Below, in pieces: positions 26,296 to 39,596 of a stretch of DNA of 64,000 bases (position 1 is its first letter; every line of letters starts with the position of its first letter). Position numbers and translations under genes: made by a program. The notes beneath the pieces are model-generated. The model saw only the letters and a list, made by a program, of their open reading frames with translations, was not told the DNA's origin and did no database searches. The stretch is from NCBI RefSeq assembly GCF_006345805.1, contig NC_043017.1, positions 28,768,001 to 28,832,000 of the forward strand, given 5' to 3'. Source of the stretch: Octopus sinensis. Lineage: Eukaryota.

Positions 26296-26855
26296 GACGA
26301 TGAGCTGGCAGAAACGTTAGCACGCCGGACGAAATACTTATTGGTATTTCGTCTGCCGTTACGTTCTGCGTTCAAATACCGCCGAAGTCGACTTTGCCTT
26401 TCATCCTTTCGGGGTCGATAAATTAAGTACCAGTTACGCTCTGGGGTCGATGTAATCGACTTAATCCGTTTGTCTGTCCTTGTTTGTCCCCTCTGTGTTT
26501 AGTCCCTTGTGGGTAGGAAAGAGATAGGTATTTCGTCTGCCGTTACGTTTGCCTTTCATCCTTTCGGGGTCGATAAATTAAGTACCAGTTACGCACCGGG
26601 GTCGATTTAATCGACTTAATCCCTTTGCCTGTCCTTGTTTATCCCCTCTATGCTTAGCCCCTTGTGGGTAATAAATAAATAGGTATTGTTAGTACGCCGT
26701 CTTAACGTTTTGAGTTCAAATTCCGCCGAGGTTGGTTCTGTCTTTCATCCTTTCGGGTTCAATAAGATAAGTACTAGTTGAGTACTGGGGTTGATGTAAT
26801 TAACTTACAAGCTTCCCCGAAATTTCTAGCCTTGTTTAATCAGTATTACAAATAC
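26296..26855 (+). mobile_element. SINE family A tandem multimer (one head, three body units; tails A1, A1, A2)
   Basis: Head at 26296; second body restarts at gtatttcgtc near 26528 directly after the A1 tail; third body from about 26695 ends in an A2-like tail. Confidence 0.85.
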
Positions 26856-26959
26856 CTAAGAATCGACAAGTATGTTTGATTTAACGGTTCCGTGATTAAA
26901 GATAAACTAACGAAATAACATTCCACCAATGAATGCCAGAGTTACTTGCATTATTTAAA

Positions 26960-27170
26960 GCAATTTCTCGGCTGCTATTTCTGTGCCAGTACTAGCACTA
27001 ACATTTGGTATATTAAAACTGGACATGTGAAAGTATGCACAACTGGAACATAAAAATTAGGAAAATACTATCAAATACTGGTGACATCCATATCAACTAT
27101 ATTGACGACCGGATCTCTGTTAAATGGAGGCAAAATATAAAATCGGTTCACAAAGTCTTTAGTGAGGTGG
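26960..27170 (+). mobile_element. Ancient R4/Dong-like RT remnant
   Basis: Broken frames AISVPVLALTFGIL.WT...EHKIRKILSNTGDIHINYIDDRISVK parallel the WTKEE..LDRRTRKL..HGALHPK..V.R.Y motif of 5509-6844. Confidence 0.45.
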
Positions 27171-27604
27171 AATTATTGGATCTGAACTAAATGTGAGATC
27201 TTTCAGCTACGCATGAGTTGCATCTCTTTGATTCATTTACATGTGGAACAGATTTTTCCACGATGTTCCACTTGATTGTATATATTGCGTGGTCTTCAGA
27301 CGCCATACGTGACATACATATCAAGAAAAACATTGACAGGATCAACATTAAATGGATGCAACATATTTAATCAGCCCAAAGAGTCTCTGAGCGCCGCATT
27401 ATTTAAAGACAGACATTAAGAGATCGCGTATACAGTCAACAGAACATTAACACTATAATAAGATCACACAAAAATTAAATCCTCCTAAACCAGGTAGTTT
27501 GAGAGAACAGATTATCCATTATGACCAAAAGTAGATGTGGTCTGGGCCGATTTATTTAGACAAAGACCAGGATGGGTAATACTCTTCATTCAAGTAAAAT
27601 GTTA

Positions 27605-28009
27605 TAGGTGCAGGAGTGGCTGTGTGGTAAGTAGCTTGCTTACGAACCACATGGTTCCGGGTTCAGTCACACTGTGTGGCATCTTGGGCAAGTGTCTTCT
27701 ACTATAGCCTCGGGCCGTCCAAAGCCCTGTGAGTGGATTTGGTAGACGGAAAGAAGCCCGTCGTATAGATGTATATATAAATGTATGTGTACGTATATGT
27801 ATGTGTGTCTGTGTTTGTCCCTCTAGCATTGCTTGACAACCGATGCAGGTGTGTTTTTTATGTCCCCGTCACTTAGCGGTTCGGCAAAAGAGACCGATAG
27901 AAAAAGTACTGGGTTTACAAAGAATAAGTCCCGGGGTGGAGTTGCTCGTCTAAAGGCGGTGCTCCAGCATGGCCGCAGTCAACTGACTGAAATAGGTAAA
28001 AGCGTAAAA
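27605..28009 (+). mobile_element. SINE family B, full length
   Basis: Head, CORE-like cttgggcaagtgtcttc segment, internal microsatellite and tail present. Confidence 0.92.
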
Positions 28010-28616
28010 TATATGTAAATATACCGCAAGCTAGAAAATATAATTGTCAGAGAAACCTTGAATAAAGGCATCCTATCCCAACTTGTAGGCTACACTTACG
28101 CTGTTTGTAAACAAAAGGTAGCTACCAGCACACAATCACCAAAAGATATAAGAATGGCTGTAGACATTCACGTATGCTTGTACTACACCAGTGTGGAGCA
28201 TATCATGTATATACGAATCATGTGTTCAAATAAATCTATAATATACTGTATTCCTATGAGATATAACATTGTTTGTATAGCCATCTATATGGCTATACGC
28301 AGGAAGGAATGTATTGATAGCCATACAAAAGGCACGTCAGAAGCAATAAAAACACGTGTTTAAAAATATAGATTGCTGGTGGTACATTCTAATAAAATAG
28401 GCCAAATATTATTTTATTTTATGATGTGCATATTTGCATAGATCGGTAATGTGATGGATGTGCATACCTCGACAAGAATTGAGGCAAAATAGAACAAGTG
28501 AAGCACAAAGCTCAAGAGCCGTCTTGGTTTAAAGAAAAGGGACCATATAGTCAGTGACTGGTTTTGTTACGATAAAATAATGGATAAAAAAATTCACAAA
28601 GCACAACACTCATACA

Positions 28617-28787
28617 TATGCAGGAGTGGCTGTGTGGTAAGTAGCTTGCTTACCAACCACATGGTTCCGGGTTCAGTCCCACTGCGTAGCACCTTGGGCA
28701 AGTGTCTTCTACTATAGCCTCGGTCCGACCAAAGCCTTGTGAGTGGATTTGGTAGACGGAAACTGAAAGAAGCCCGTCGTATATATG

Positions 28788-28843
<56 letters not shown>

Positions 28844-29050
28844 TGTCTGTGTTTGTCCCCCAACATCGCTTGACAACCGATATTCGTGTGTTTACGTCCC
28901 CGTAGCCTAGCGGTTCGGCAAAAGAGACCGATAGAATAAGTACTAGGCTTACAAAGAATAAGTCCTGGGGTTGATTTGCTCCACTAAAGGCGGTGCTCCA
29001 GCATGGCCGCAGTCAAATGACTGAAACAAGTAAAAAAGTAAAAAAAAGTA
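28617..29050 (+). mobile_element. SINE family B, full length
   Basis: Same architecture as other B copies; internal (TA)n(TG)n. Confidence 0.93.
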
Positions 29051-29106
29051 TGCACACATGCGCCCTCATACATTTGCATATACACACATGTACGCACGTA
29101 AGTATA

Positions 29107-29145
<39 letters not shown>

Positions 29146-30039
29146 TCACACACATTCACACATACGCACACACACATATGTATGCATGTACGTATATGTG
29201 CATACATCCAAACATACGCTCCCCAGGGGTTGGAGTATAACAATCTCTTCTTTTACTAACACATAGAAGCAAAAATGAAGACGACCTCATTTTCGCTTAC
29301 GCTGTGGTGAATTACTTCTTTTGAAAAGGATATTTCATTCCATACTTGGTTATAGATAATAAATAATGCTTACAAATCCATGATTTCCCGATATATTAAA
29401 TACTTTACATCCATTGAATGTGATGTATTCAAATTTATTCAGCATATGCACATAAATTCTTAGATCCAGTACAAAAACTCTGTCAGTTATGACAGCTTAA
29501 CGAGCAACTAGAAGCAGACAACTTGTAATTCCCTAGCTTACACGTTTCAGAACATGTGCAGTGTTTCTGTTCTAAAAGGATATGTACCGTTTGTAATCTT
29601 TCGTTAGCTATAACATCCTTATTTATAACTGCACAACATTTCTTCTGTGTAATATATTTAATCTCCGGTATATAAGTAGTGATGTGGATAGTTTCTTTTT
29701 TATTATTTTTAGTTTAGTACCCTGCTTTAGTTCCGAGGAAGTTTTGTTACAATATAAATATGAACAATACCGCTACTATTTTTTGTATATGTACGTCTAT
29801 CTGTCTTGATCAATGTTTCCACCACAATATACGGATTTGATGCGGTATGATGGCTTGTATGTCTCGGCCTGAAAGCTATGCCAGCGGAGAGCACTCTTCT
29901 TCTAGGGTCACCTCTACTGGACATGTCAAAAGATAGAGGCGACACTAATATAATATATGTATTCGCAATTACAGATGCGTTTACGTAGGGTCAACAAAAC
30001 CTTTATCTAGAAAAACAGCAGAGTTGGGGAAGCACCAAT

Positions 30040-30160
30040 GGGAACTGAAAATCAATATGACCTGGGGGAGATAAAACATTCCAGAATCCAGAGTAGTAGA
30101 GGAACGTCATCGGTGTCCTGTGCTCCACAAGGTGCGAAGGGCTTCACGAAATAAAATAAA
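30040..30160 (+). mobile_element. 3' end of an RTE-clade LINE
   Basis: ELK.INMTWG...E*RNVIGVLCSTRCEG resembles the RTE C-terminal WR..V.ALCSTR.EED; followed by an aaataaaataaa tail. Confidence 0.5.
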
Positions 30161-30798
30161 GATATCAAACTGTATCCTGTGGTGATGCTGCAACTTGGAA
30201 GACCAAGAGTCTTCGACGGAATGGAGTTCTCACTTACATAATCCACAGGTAAAACCCAGTTAAAAGAAAGCACCGAAGATTGATAGTAGTGAAATGTGCC
30301 ACACTGAGAAGGCTGCCGGTCAAGTGGCACCTCACTGTTCGTTTAGAAAAAAAGCATTGCCTTGTAGTGCGTTTTATTGCTGTTCATTTTCCGACCGTCT
30401 TCTTTTAGTACACATTTTTATGGTTAGGAATATCAGTAAATAATAAAGAAATGAAATCACAGATGTTGTGTCAGTGCATAATTAGTGTTATACCACTGCA
30501 AAAGTTTTGTTGTGACAAATTAGGCAACAGCCAAATAGGAGACATAGAAAAAACATTGCACTTCGTGCGTTTGTTTGGTGTTCGTTATTTTGACGGTCTT
30601 TTTTTTTAGTAGACAATTTATTGATTAGGAATTTCAGAGAGAAATTGTGAAATGAAATTACAAATGCTGTCTCCTGTTAGTGTTAGTGTTGAAATTCCGA
30701 CGCTCTATTATAAGAGTGGATGGCAATGCAAACAGTAAGTCCTATGAAGTTACAAATACTGTGGCCTGTCAGTTGGATTTTGGTTGACTCGTCCTGTA

Positions 30799-31016
30799 TA
30801 CTCTTTCTTTTTACTCTTTTACTTGTTCCAGTCATTTGACTGCGGCCATGCTGGAGCACCGCCTTTAGTCGAGCAAATCGACCCCGGGACTTATTCTTTG
30901 CAAGCCCAGTACTTATTATATCGATCTCTTTTGCCGAAATGCTAAGTGACGGGGACGTAAACACACCGGCATCGGTTGTCAAGCGATATTGGGGGGACAA
31001 ACACAGACACACAAAC

Positions 31017-31047
<31 letters not shown>

Positions 31048-31220
31048 CATATATACGACAGGCTTCTTTCAGTTTCCGTCTACCAAATCCACTCACAAGG
31101 CATTGGTCGGCCCGGGGCTGTAGCAGAAGACATTTGCCCAAGATGCCACGCAGTGGGACTGAACCCGGAACCATGTGGTTGGTTAGCAAGCTACTTACCA
31201 CACAGCCACTCCTGCGCCTA
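30799..31220 (-). mobile_element. SINE family B, full length
   Basis: Reverse complement of the consensus. Confidence 0.93.
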
Positions 31221-31538
31221 TGTTTGTCTTATATAACAGAAGAAACATCTAATAATTGAAATGGGAAAAATATGGATTTCATATACAAGCGTTTTGTTCT
31301 TTAAGTTGCAATACAGCAACTTTTGGTATTTGACAGCGAGAAGCTAAAACAAAGATTGGTATATCATATAGAAGAATAGCTTTACGGAATCCAGGTGACT
31401 GCGATAGCATTGACAAGGCTAAAGGTCAAGTGGAGCATCCATTTGTCACTGTTCCTTTTGACGTTTGAATAGGCGGTATATCGTGAATGAAGCTAGAACG
31501 ATACCTGTATCAGATAGAAGAATATCTATTTAGAAATA

Positions 31539-31675
31539 CGGTTCGGCAAAAGAGACCGATAGAATAAGTACTGGGCTTACAAAGAATAAGTCCCGGGGTG
31601 GATTTGCTCGACTAAAGGCGGTGCTCCAGCATGGCCGCAGTCAAATAACTGAAAAAAGTAAAAGAGTAAAAGCGT
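31539..31675 (+). mobile_element. 5'-truncated SINE family B (3' part only)
   Basis: cggttcggcaaaagagaccgatag through the agagtaaaag tail. Confidence 0.9.
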
Positions 31676-32420
31676 ACATATGCACACACACACACATCTT
31701 ATCTATCTATTTATCTACCTACCTACCTACCTACCTAACTAACTAACTACCTAAATACTTACCTAATTACCTATCTATCTATTTATCTACCGATCTGTCT
31801 ATCTATGGGCAAGCAAAGAGGATATAACACTTGCTGCTCACACTCACACATACATAATTTAGGCCAATGAACATTGTTACCTTGGACTGAGATTTTACAC
31901 ACAATTTTCTTTTAAAATTAAGCACATTAGTGAATTCCCGCGAATAAATATTGACAAGGAGAACTCACCCAGATATACACAAGCTTCCACACATAATCCG
32001 ACTGATGCACAAAAACTCATAATACATTTAATTGCCTCCAAACATCTCCAGTGATTAATATAAGTAGTAATAATGCGAATAAATTTAATCAAGCTATTAT
32101 TTCAATAAACCTAACAATTACACATTTCACTAAATCCCATACGTCGAAGATTAGCGAATGTGTACATCAGTAAACGCAAGTGTTTGACTATGTTTCTATT
32201 GAAATGTGTGACTGAGGGAGTGGTGCAAGAAGATTTTGGAATATAAGATATGAGAATGTAAACAGTTTTCTTTATATATTAATTTTCAGACGAAAATTGA
32301 AGAAACCTAGAAAAAAAACAACAAATAAAACGTAACAAAGATAAGCAGATTTGTTCAAAAGCAATTCATTTGATTTAAAGTGATACCAACATAGCTTAGG
32401 TGTTACATACATAAAAAAAT

Positions 32421-32471
<51 letters not shown>

Positions 32472-32639
32472 GATATACATATACATATATATATATATAT
32501 ATATAATATATATATATATACATATATGTTTATATATATATGTTTATATATATGCATATACATATACATATATATATGTGTGTGTGTGTATATCTATCTA
32601 TCTATATATATATCTAGATAGATTGATAGATAGATAGAT

Positions 32640-32830
32640 AGATACAGGAAGAATTAAAAGAAAAACAAAAGATGAAGACATGTGATGCAGACCACAAACA
32701 AATGTATTAGTTTAACGCTCAGGAAGTGAAAAAATTCTTTAACGTTTCGAGCCTACGCTCTTCGACAGAAAGGAACACAGAAAGAAACAAGGAAAGAAAA
32801 TAAAGTATGTGTAGTGGCTAGCAATCTATC
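32640..32830 (-). mobile_element. Penelope-like terminal fragment with degenerate hammerhead motif
   Basis: Minus strand cttt-CTGTCGA-a-GAGC gtag GCTC-GAAA-CG-TT-aaag at 32737-32772. Confidence 0.6.
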
Positions 32831-33384
32831 ATGTTCAATTTCGGACGTAGGTGGGGGTCACACAGGAGTGCTGGGAAGAAGGGGAGATTATAAAGTAGTG
32901 GTGATTCCAAAACGAAGGTGCGCGTGCGTGTGTATAAGAGAATATGTGTGTTGTTGTGGAAGAGGACTGGTGACCTTGACGTGTGCGTTTGTGTATATGT
33001 AGGTGTGTTGAATTTGGGTGGGGCTCGGAAGTGGTCAGTGCTAATGTGTGATGTGATGTGGTGTTGTGTGGTCTGGTGGTGTATGGTGTAGTAGTGTCTG
33101 ATGTGGTGTGATGGTGTTGAGATGTGGAGGAGACGAGAGTGGGGAAAGAAAGGGTGAGGTGCGGGTTGGGCTGAGCGTGGGGTTAGAGGTGGGATATGTG
33201 TGTTAGGCTGAGTATGGGGGTAGAGGAGGGGTATGTGAGTGGGTGTAAGGGATGGGATGGATAGGAAAGGTGGGGTTGGATTGTGTATGGGTGGGGTTAT
33301 GACGGAGGGGTGACGATGAAGGAAGAGGGAGACTTTCGCTGGATTTCGCAATTAATTTTGATTATTCCCAAATTTATTTCTAAG

Positions 33385-33772
33385 TTATAAGAATTGAAAT
33401 CGTAGCAAAAAATTCGTCAGAAAAATCACGAAATAAACTCACAGAAATCAATAGCAGTATGAAAACTTGGGAACCCAATATTTCAGGATTGCGGGTCCAG
33501 ATTCGGCTCAGAATATTTTTAATTTACTCACAGTGTCGGATTTAGATTATAATGATTAATATCGTACAAAAATAACCGGAAGCAATCGCGATATTGAAAA
33601 TTTGGGAACACAAAATTGAAGGGTTGTGAGTCAGGATTTGGCCCGGAAATTTTTGAATTTACTCACGGAGTTGACTTCATTCCAAAATGGTATGATATGT
33701 TGTGCTACGACTTCTAGGAGTAAAGCTGAAAAGATGTGACACACTGATATTGTCATTTTATTATAAGAAGAT
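33385..33772 (+). mobile_element. Possible non-autonomous Helitron/Helentron-type element with internal subrepeats
   Basis: Two diverged ~120-bp subrepeats (aaaa.ttgggaac.caa...aatttactcac); ends ttttattataagaagat. Confidence 0.35.
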
Positions 33773-33775
33773 ATA

Positions 33776-35178
33776 TATTGGGTTGGTAACTAAGTTCCCG
33801 CCGTTTTTTTTTTTTTTTGGAATTTATTGCTTTTTTTAAATTTTGGAATCTATTTTTTTCAAGAATTCTATTTTTGAATCATTTTGGATCCTTTTTTCTC
33901 TTTTCTAGTTAATTATAGTTAATTTTTGTTTATTTTCAGGTCACTATAATGGAATGTCAAGTTAAGAAAAACGAGCATTTTTGACGCCTCCTTTTAGCTT
34001 TTAATCAAGGTTCTAAGGCCGCAAACGACGCCCGCGACACTTGTGCTGTGTATGGAGAGGGGACCATAGCTAAAAGAACTGCTTGTGATTGGTTCGCCAA
34101 GTTCAAAAAAGGAAATTTTCACCTCAAAGTCGCACCTCGTTCTGACCGTCCAGTTGAGTTCGATGAAGAGCGATTAAACAAAATTTTGTACGAAAATTCT
34201 CGTCAAAAGACTAGGGAACTGGTAGACAAAATGGAATACTCCCACACTGCTACAGAGGGGAATTTTCACATGATAGGAAGGGTTCAGAATTATGGAGCTT
34301 GGATTCCACATGCTTTAAGTGATAACAACAGAAATCAACGAGCCACAATCTCCGCTGGCCTGCTTGCTCGTCACCCCTCAACTCATGGACACAAGCAATG
34401 ATTTTTTACAGAATCGTTACTGGCAACGAAAAGTAGTGCCTGTAAATGAATATGAAGCAGCGTAAGGAATGGCTTAGCCCCGGTAAAGAAGCGGAACTCT
34501 ACGTACAACAAATGGAACGATTCAACAAGACTATTCAAGAGAAAAGACCTAATAGTTAGCGTGGAGTTCTTCTGCTGCACGACAACGCCCACCCTCATAT
34601 CCCCGATATGACCAAGGTAGCCATTCAAATGCATGGCTGGGAGGTGCTGCCATACCCGCCGTACTCTACTGATTGCGCACCAACGATTTTTTTTATTAAA
34701 CCTTTAAAAAAATATACCTCACATTGTGGTGCAGTTACTGTTTATACCTCGTTCAGAGATTTATTATTGCTTGCATACAGTTTTTCGAGATCAGTGGCGA
34801 AAGGTAACTGGAAAAACCATATAAGTATTTGCATTGGTACCCCCTTTCATCGAAAACCGGTGATTGTCGTACGCTGAGGACATGTCAATACCTAGAAACT
34901 GTAGTCCGTGCGTATCACTTAGGTTGAGGAGGGAAGGATGACCTCCCTTCGCAAATACCATAAGGGCACAGAAAGTGTAACTAAAGCCAGCTGGTGACGA
35001 TGATCTCCTGGGGCTACAAGCTACAGTAACACTCACCCTTAGTGGTTAGCCATATTGAGATCGCACGTATACCTCACATTGTCGTGCAGCTACTGTTTAT
35101 ACCTCGTTCAGAGATTTATTATTGCTTTTAAAAAATGTTAAAAAAAAAAACGGCGGGAAATTTTTCGCCAACCTAATA
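33776..35178 (+). mobile_element. Decayed mariner element with TIRs and an internal insertion
   Basis: Ends tattgggttgg...cccgccgttttt and aaaaacggcgggaa...ccaacctaata; ATG at 33949 MECQVKKNEHF; WFAKFKKGNF, WIPHAL, LLHDNAHPH, WEVLPYPPYSTDCAP; stops present. Confidence 0.92.
34713..35127. mobile_element. Insert bounded by 60-bp direct repeats inside the mariner
   Basis: tatacctcacattgt...ttattattgctt at 34713-34772 and 35068-35127 (2 mismatches) around a 295-bp unrelated interior. Confidence 0.7.
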
Positions 35179-35824
35179 TATGTAAATATAAATGTATGTG
35201 TGTGTGTGTTATCTGCATATGTGATATGATGTGTTTGTGTGTATGTGTGTGTGTGTGTGTGAGAGAGAGTTATATTTCCTTTCGTGCAACTGGGTTGTCG
35301 AATTCGATATGTACAGCTATGACAGACATCAATATTGCTATAACATATTTCAACACATATTAACCAATTTTGAAATATTCTTATTTCATCGTCAATGCTA
35401 CATTTTGATATCGTGGAAATTATCCCACAGTTTATCCAACGCTTGATCTACTCGTGACAATACAAACAAATACTCATGGTAGACTAAATACGAATCTACT
35501 GTTATACTAACCTGCACCACAATACGGATACAATTATAGAAAGGAAATAATAAATAACCGTTATTTCAAGAGATATGGAAATAAGCTCAGTATTGTGTCT
35601 CTCTATAAAGGAAGTTACATATTGAATATACTAATCCTAATACGAGTAAAATAGATTATTAAAAAACCAGAGAGAATCAAGGGAAATGTAAAATATATGA
35701 TTTAAATAGAGATTATAATCTGCTTGTAAATTATTTGTAATTCTATATAGATTGTTTATGTATGTTATTCGCATAGAATCGATACATTCATAACCGCGTG
35801 TGAGCGAGTATGCGCGCGTGTGTG

Positions 35825-35876
<52 letters not shown>

Positions 35877-36049
35877 TGTGTGTGGTGTGTGGATATGAGT
35901 GCTGTGATTACGTGTATGAGTTCCTGATTATGTCTGCATGCAATTAAATCCTGTATAGCTATATTCGAAGAAGATTAAATTGTATGCACCAACCAAAATT
36001 TAAATGCATACCGACACTATGTACACACACACCTATACATACATAATTA

Positions 36050-36059
36050 TTAATGTATG

Positions 36060-36117
<58 letters not shown>

Positions 36118-36119
36118 TG

Positions 36120-36174
<55 letters not shown>

Positions 36175-36449
36175 ATATATATATACATATATATATATAT
36201 GTATGTATGTATGTATGTATATATACACATCCATATTTATATATATGCATGCATTTGTAGATATATGCGTGGGTGAATACATGCATATAAATATATATAC
36301 ATATATATATATGTGTGTGTGTGTGTATGTGTGCGTGCGTGTGTGTATATGTTTTCCCTTATTTCATGTAAAAACATACTCGCTCTCTATATATTCTTAA
36401 ATGCATATATATATAATGGCAACTAAAAACATATACATAAAACTATATG

Positions 36450-36496
<47 letters not shown>

Positions 36497-36746
36497 CATA
36501 TACGTGTATATATGCATATGTGCCTGAGAGTATGCGTGGATTTTTTCGTGCGTTTATATACGCTCATACATCGTGAGTCTTTGACATCATTTGAATAATT
36601 ACACTGTTTGCAGGGCTACAAAATATCCACATAAACAGGTAGTTATATTTAAGTATGTTCCATCACGAAGTCACATATAAATCCATATACATACATGGAT
36701 GGATGTTATGTTATGTCACGTTACGTCACGTTATTCTATGATATGT

Positions 36747-36780
<34 letters not shown>

Positions 36781-36881
36781 TGTATGTATGTATGTATGTA
36801 TGTATGTATGTATATATTTATCTATCCGTCTAGCTATTCTCTCTCTCTCTATATATATGTCAGTCTGTCTCCCTATCTGTT

Positions 36882-36948
<67 letters not shown>

Positions 36949-36980
36949 GAGATAGATAGATATATGCGTGTGTATACATA
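36050..36980. repeat. (TA)n/(TATG)n/(GA)n microsatellite cluster
   Basis: Direct reading. Confidence 0.9.
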
Positions 36981-37879
36981 TATATATATTCATATGCAAT
37001 CTTGTATATGCAAATACACAACGTATATATATATATATATATATATTTGTGGTTATTCACATTTAGATATTTACATATTTGCACATGTACGTACATTTGC
37101 TTAAATACGTGTGCTAGCATTTGTGTGTGTGTGTGTGTGTGTGTGCATGAACGGTATAGTATACAAATCTTCTTAAGGTATATCGCAAAATTGCATATTA
37201 TGCAGAACATATAATCCTAAAATTCGGAGAAGCATGGAAGATGTAGGGGGGGGGGATTATGATATATTTAGTTCATATTTATTATGTTTTATATTTTTAT
37301 TAATATCTCTAATATATCATAGAATATACATAATGAATTGTTCCAAGGATTAAATGCAAACTGATGTTTGTATTTTATTTGCTATTAAATATTTGCAATT
37401 TCCTTTTCTGTTTTTTTTTTTATAGCTTACATTATCTAGATTCAATATTTTCTTATATTAAATTTATCTATTGCTTATTATTTTGTGACTTCACCGCTAT
37501 GAGTTATTTTATGAGAAGTGAGTATAAATATTTCCTTTCTTGTATGTGATCACGCGTTGATCTATGTGCCAACATGTTTTTATAAGTATATGCGATACAG
37601 TGTATATTTATTCAGAGTTCAGGGACTGGGAGACCTCAATCAATAACTTTCAATAGCATACTCCCTTGTGCTATATATTTATGGACTATTAACTTTTTAC
37701 CATTAAGCTCGGGTACTTTAACCCGATTTGTTTTGTAAACTAAGTGAAAATAACTGAGTTCATACAAAGACACAAACATTTTCTAAAGCGATTACAACAT
37801 CAGATGCAGCAAAAGATTGATGACAACGACGACTACGGCATCAAAAACAATAATGGATGATTCAAATTTTAGAACAAAG

Positions 37880-38262
37880 ATGGATGGTTTATTTACACTG
37901 ATGCTCAGCTGGTAAATTTATTTTGTCGATTCCAAACAACGAAAAGTGAATGTGACCTCGATGGCATTTGAAATCAGTGCGTGAAGACGGACGAATTGCC
38001 GCTAAGTTTTTATCCGGGGTTCTAACGATTCTCCCGGATCACCGCTATAACAGTAATTATTATAATACGTTCTGTTGTAGCTACAAGACCTGACATTTTT
38101 TGGGGAAGGAGATAATCGATTACATCGAACCCTGTGATTGACCGGTACTAATTTAATCATTCTTGAAAGTATGACAGGCAAAGTAGACCCCGGCAGAATT
38201 TGAATTCACAACGTAATGACGGACGAAATGCATTTAGGCAGTTTTTCCGGCATGATAGCGAC
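37880..38262 (-). mobile_element. Two degenerate SINE A-like copies (about 37880-38045 and 38060-38262)
   Basis: Residual tctaacgattctc head, gcagaatttgaattcacaacg B-box and gattacatcgaaccc body. Confidence 0.55.
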
Positions 38263-38284
38263 TCAAATAATAATTATAATAATT

Positions 38285-38628
38285 CTTTTCTACTCTAGGC
38301 ACAAAGACCCAAAGTTTGAGTGAGGGACCAGTCGATTAGATCGACCCCAATACGTAACTGGTACTTAATGTATCGACCACGAAAGGATAAAAGGCAAAGT
38401 TGATCTCGGCTGAATTTGAACTCAGAAAGTAAAAACAGACGAAATACCTATTTCTTTATTACCCACAGGGGGCTAAACATAGAGGGGACAAACAAGGACA
38501 GACATAGGTATTAAGTCGATTACATCGACCCCAGTGCGTAACTGCTACTTAATTTATCGACCCCGAAATGATGAAAGGCAAAATCGACCTCGGCGGAATT
38601 TGAACTTACAACGTAACGGCAGACCAAA
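38285..38628 (-). mobile_element. SINE family A head-to-tail dimer (A1 unit followed by A2 unit)
   Basis: In element orientation the A1 tail ...aaagaaatag is followed immediately by gtatttcgtc (junction near 38448) and a body ending in the A2 tail. Confidence 0.82.
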
Positions 38629-38699
38629 TAAAAGACGAAGCTGACCTCGGTGGTATTCGCGAATGTTGCAAGTCCTGGTATCACTGGCGCCTATCACAT

Positions 38700-39560
38700 C
38701 GAAACCTTAGCTTACCGGATAACAGAAGGGGGTTAGGTGATCCTCACGATGAACTCGGCTAATAACCGGATCTGTCCTGCATACCCCAACAGCTGTTCGA
38801 CAAATCTCCACAAGTCAAGAGTGGCTGTGTGGTAAGTAGCTTGCTTACGAACCACATGGTTCCGCGTTCAGTCCCACTGCGTGGCATCTTGGGCAAGTGT
38901 CTTCTACTATAGCCTCGGGCCGACCAAAGCCTTGTGAGTGGATTTGTTAGACGGAAACTGAAAGAAGCCCGTCGTATATCTGTATATATATATATGCATG
39001 TGCGTGTATGTTTGTGTGTCTGTGTTTGTCCCCCTAGCATTGCTTGACAAGCGATGCTGGTGTGCTTATGTCCTCGTCACTTAACAGTTCGGCAAAAGAG
39101 ACCGATAGAATAAGTGCTGGGCTTACAAAGAATAAGTCCCGGGGTCGAGTTGCTCGATTAAAGGCGGTGCTCCAGCATGGCCGCAGTCAAATGACTGAAA
39201 CACGTAAAAGAGTAAAAGAGAGAGTAAAGAGTAAGTCGACAATGTTCTGACACTGGACGACTACTGGTAGAACGGCTTCCTCTCCCTGGGCACGTCCCAG
39301 ACACGTCCATCTGTGAGCAATTCTGTACCTATAAGTTTTGTCTCAAATTTGCAGGTATACCTCCATCCCGCTAGAACTCCTAGGCCAGGGATATTTCGAA
39401 ATTTTTCCATAGCCCACAGCTTGAAGCTCCTCTGGAAAAAAGACAGCTAATCTCCTTCACCACTATTCGACTCCCTAAGGAACTCGTCCCTTTTACCATG
39501 GGACTACAATGGGGAACATCCACCAACTACATCGTCGCACTGGCAGAGAGCTGTGTGTGC
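38700..39560 (-). mobile_element. L1/Tx1-clade LINE fragment (zinc-finger region downstream of RT), split by SINE B
   Basis: Joining across the SINE gives EAVLPVVVQCQNIVD|LWRFVEQLLGYAGQIRLLAEFIVRI; upstream LFQRSFKLWAMENF; frameshifted. Confidence 0.65.
38817..39232 (+). mobile_element. SINE family B with 5-bp TSD
   Basis: Full copy; aagtc at 38812-38816 and 39233-39237. Confidence 0.93.
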
Positions 39561-39596
39561 ATGCGGACGCTCCACACACACACACACACACACACG

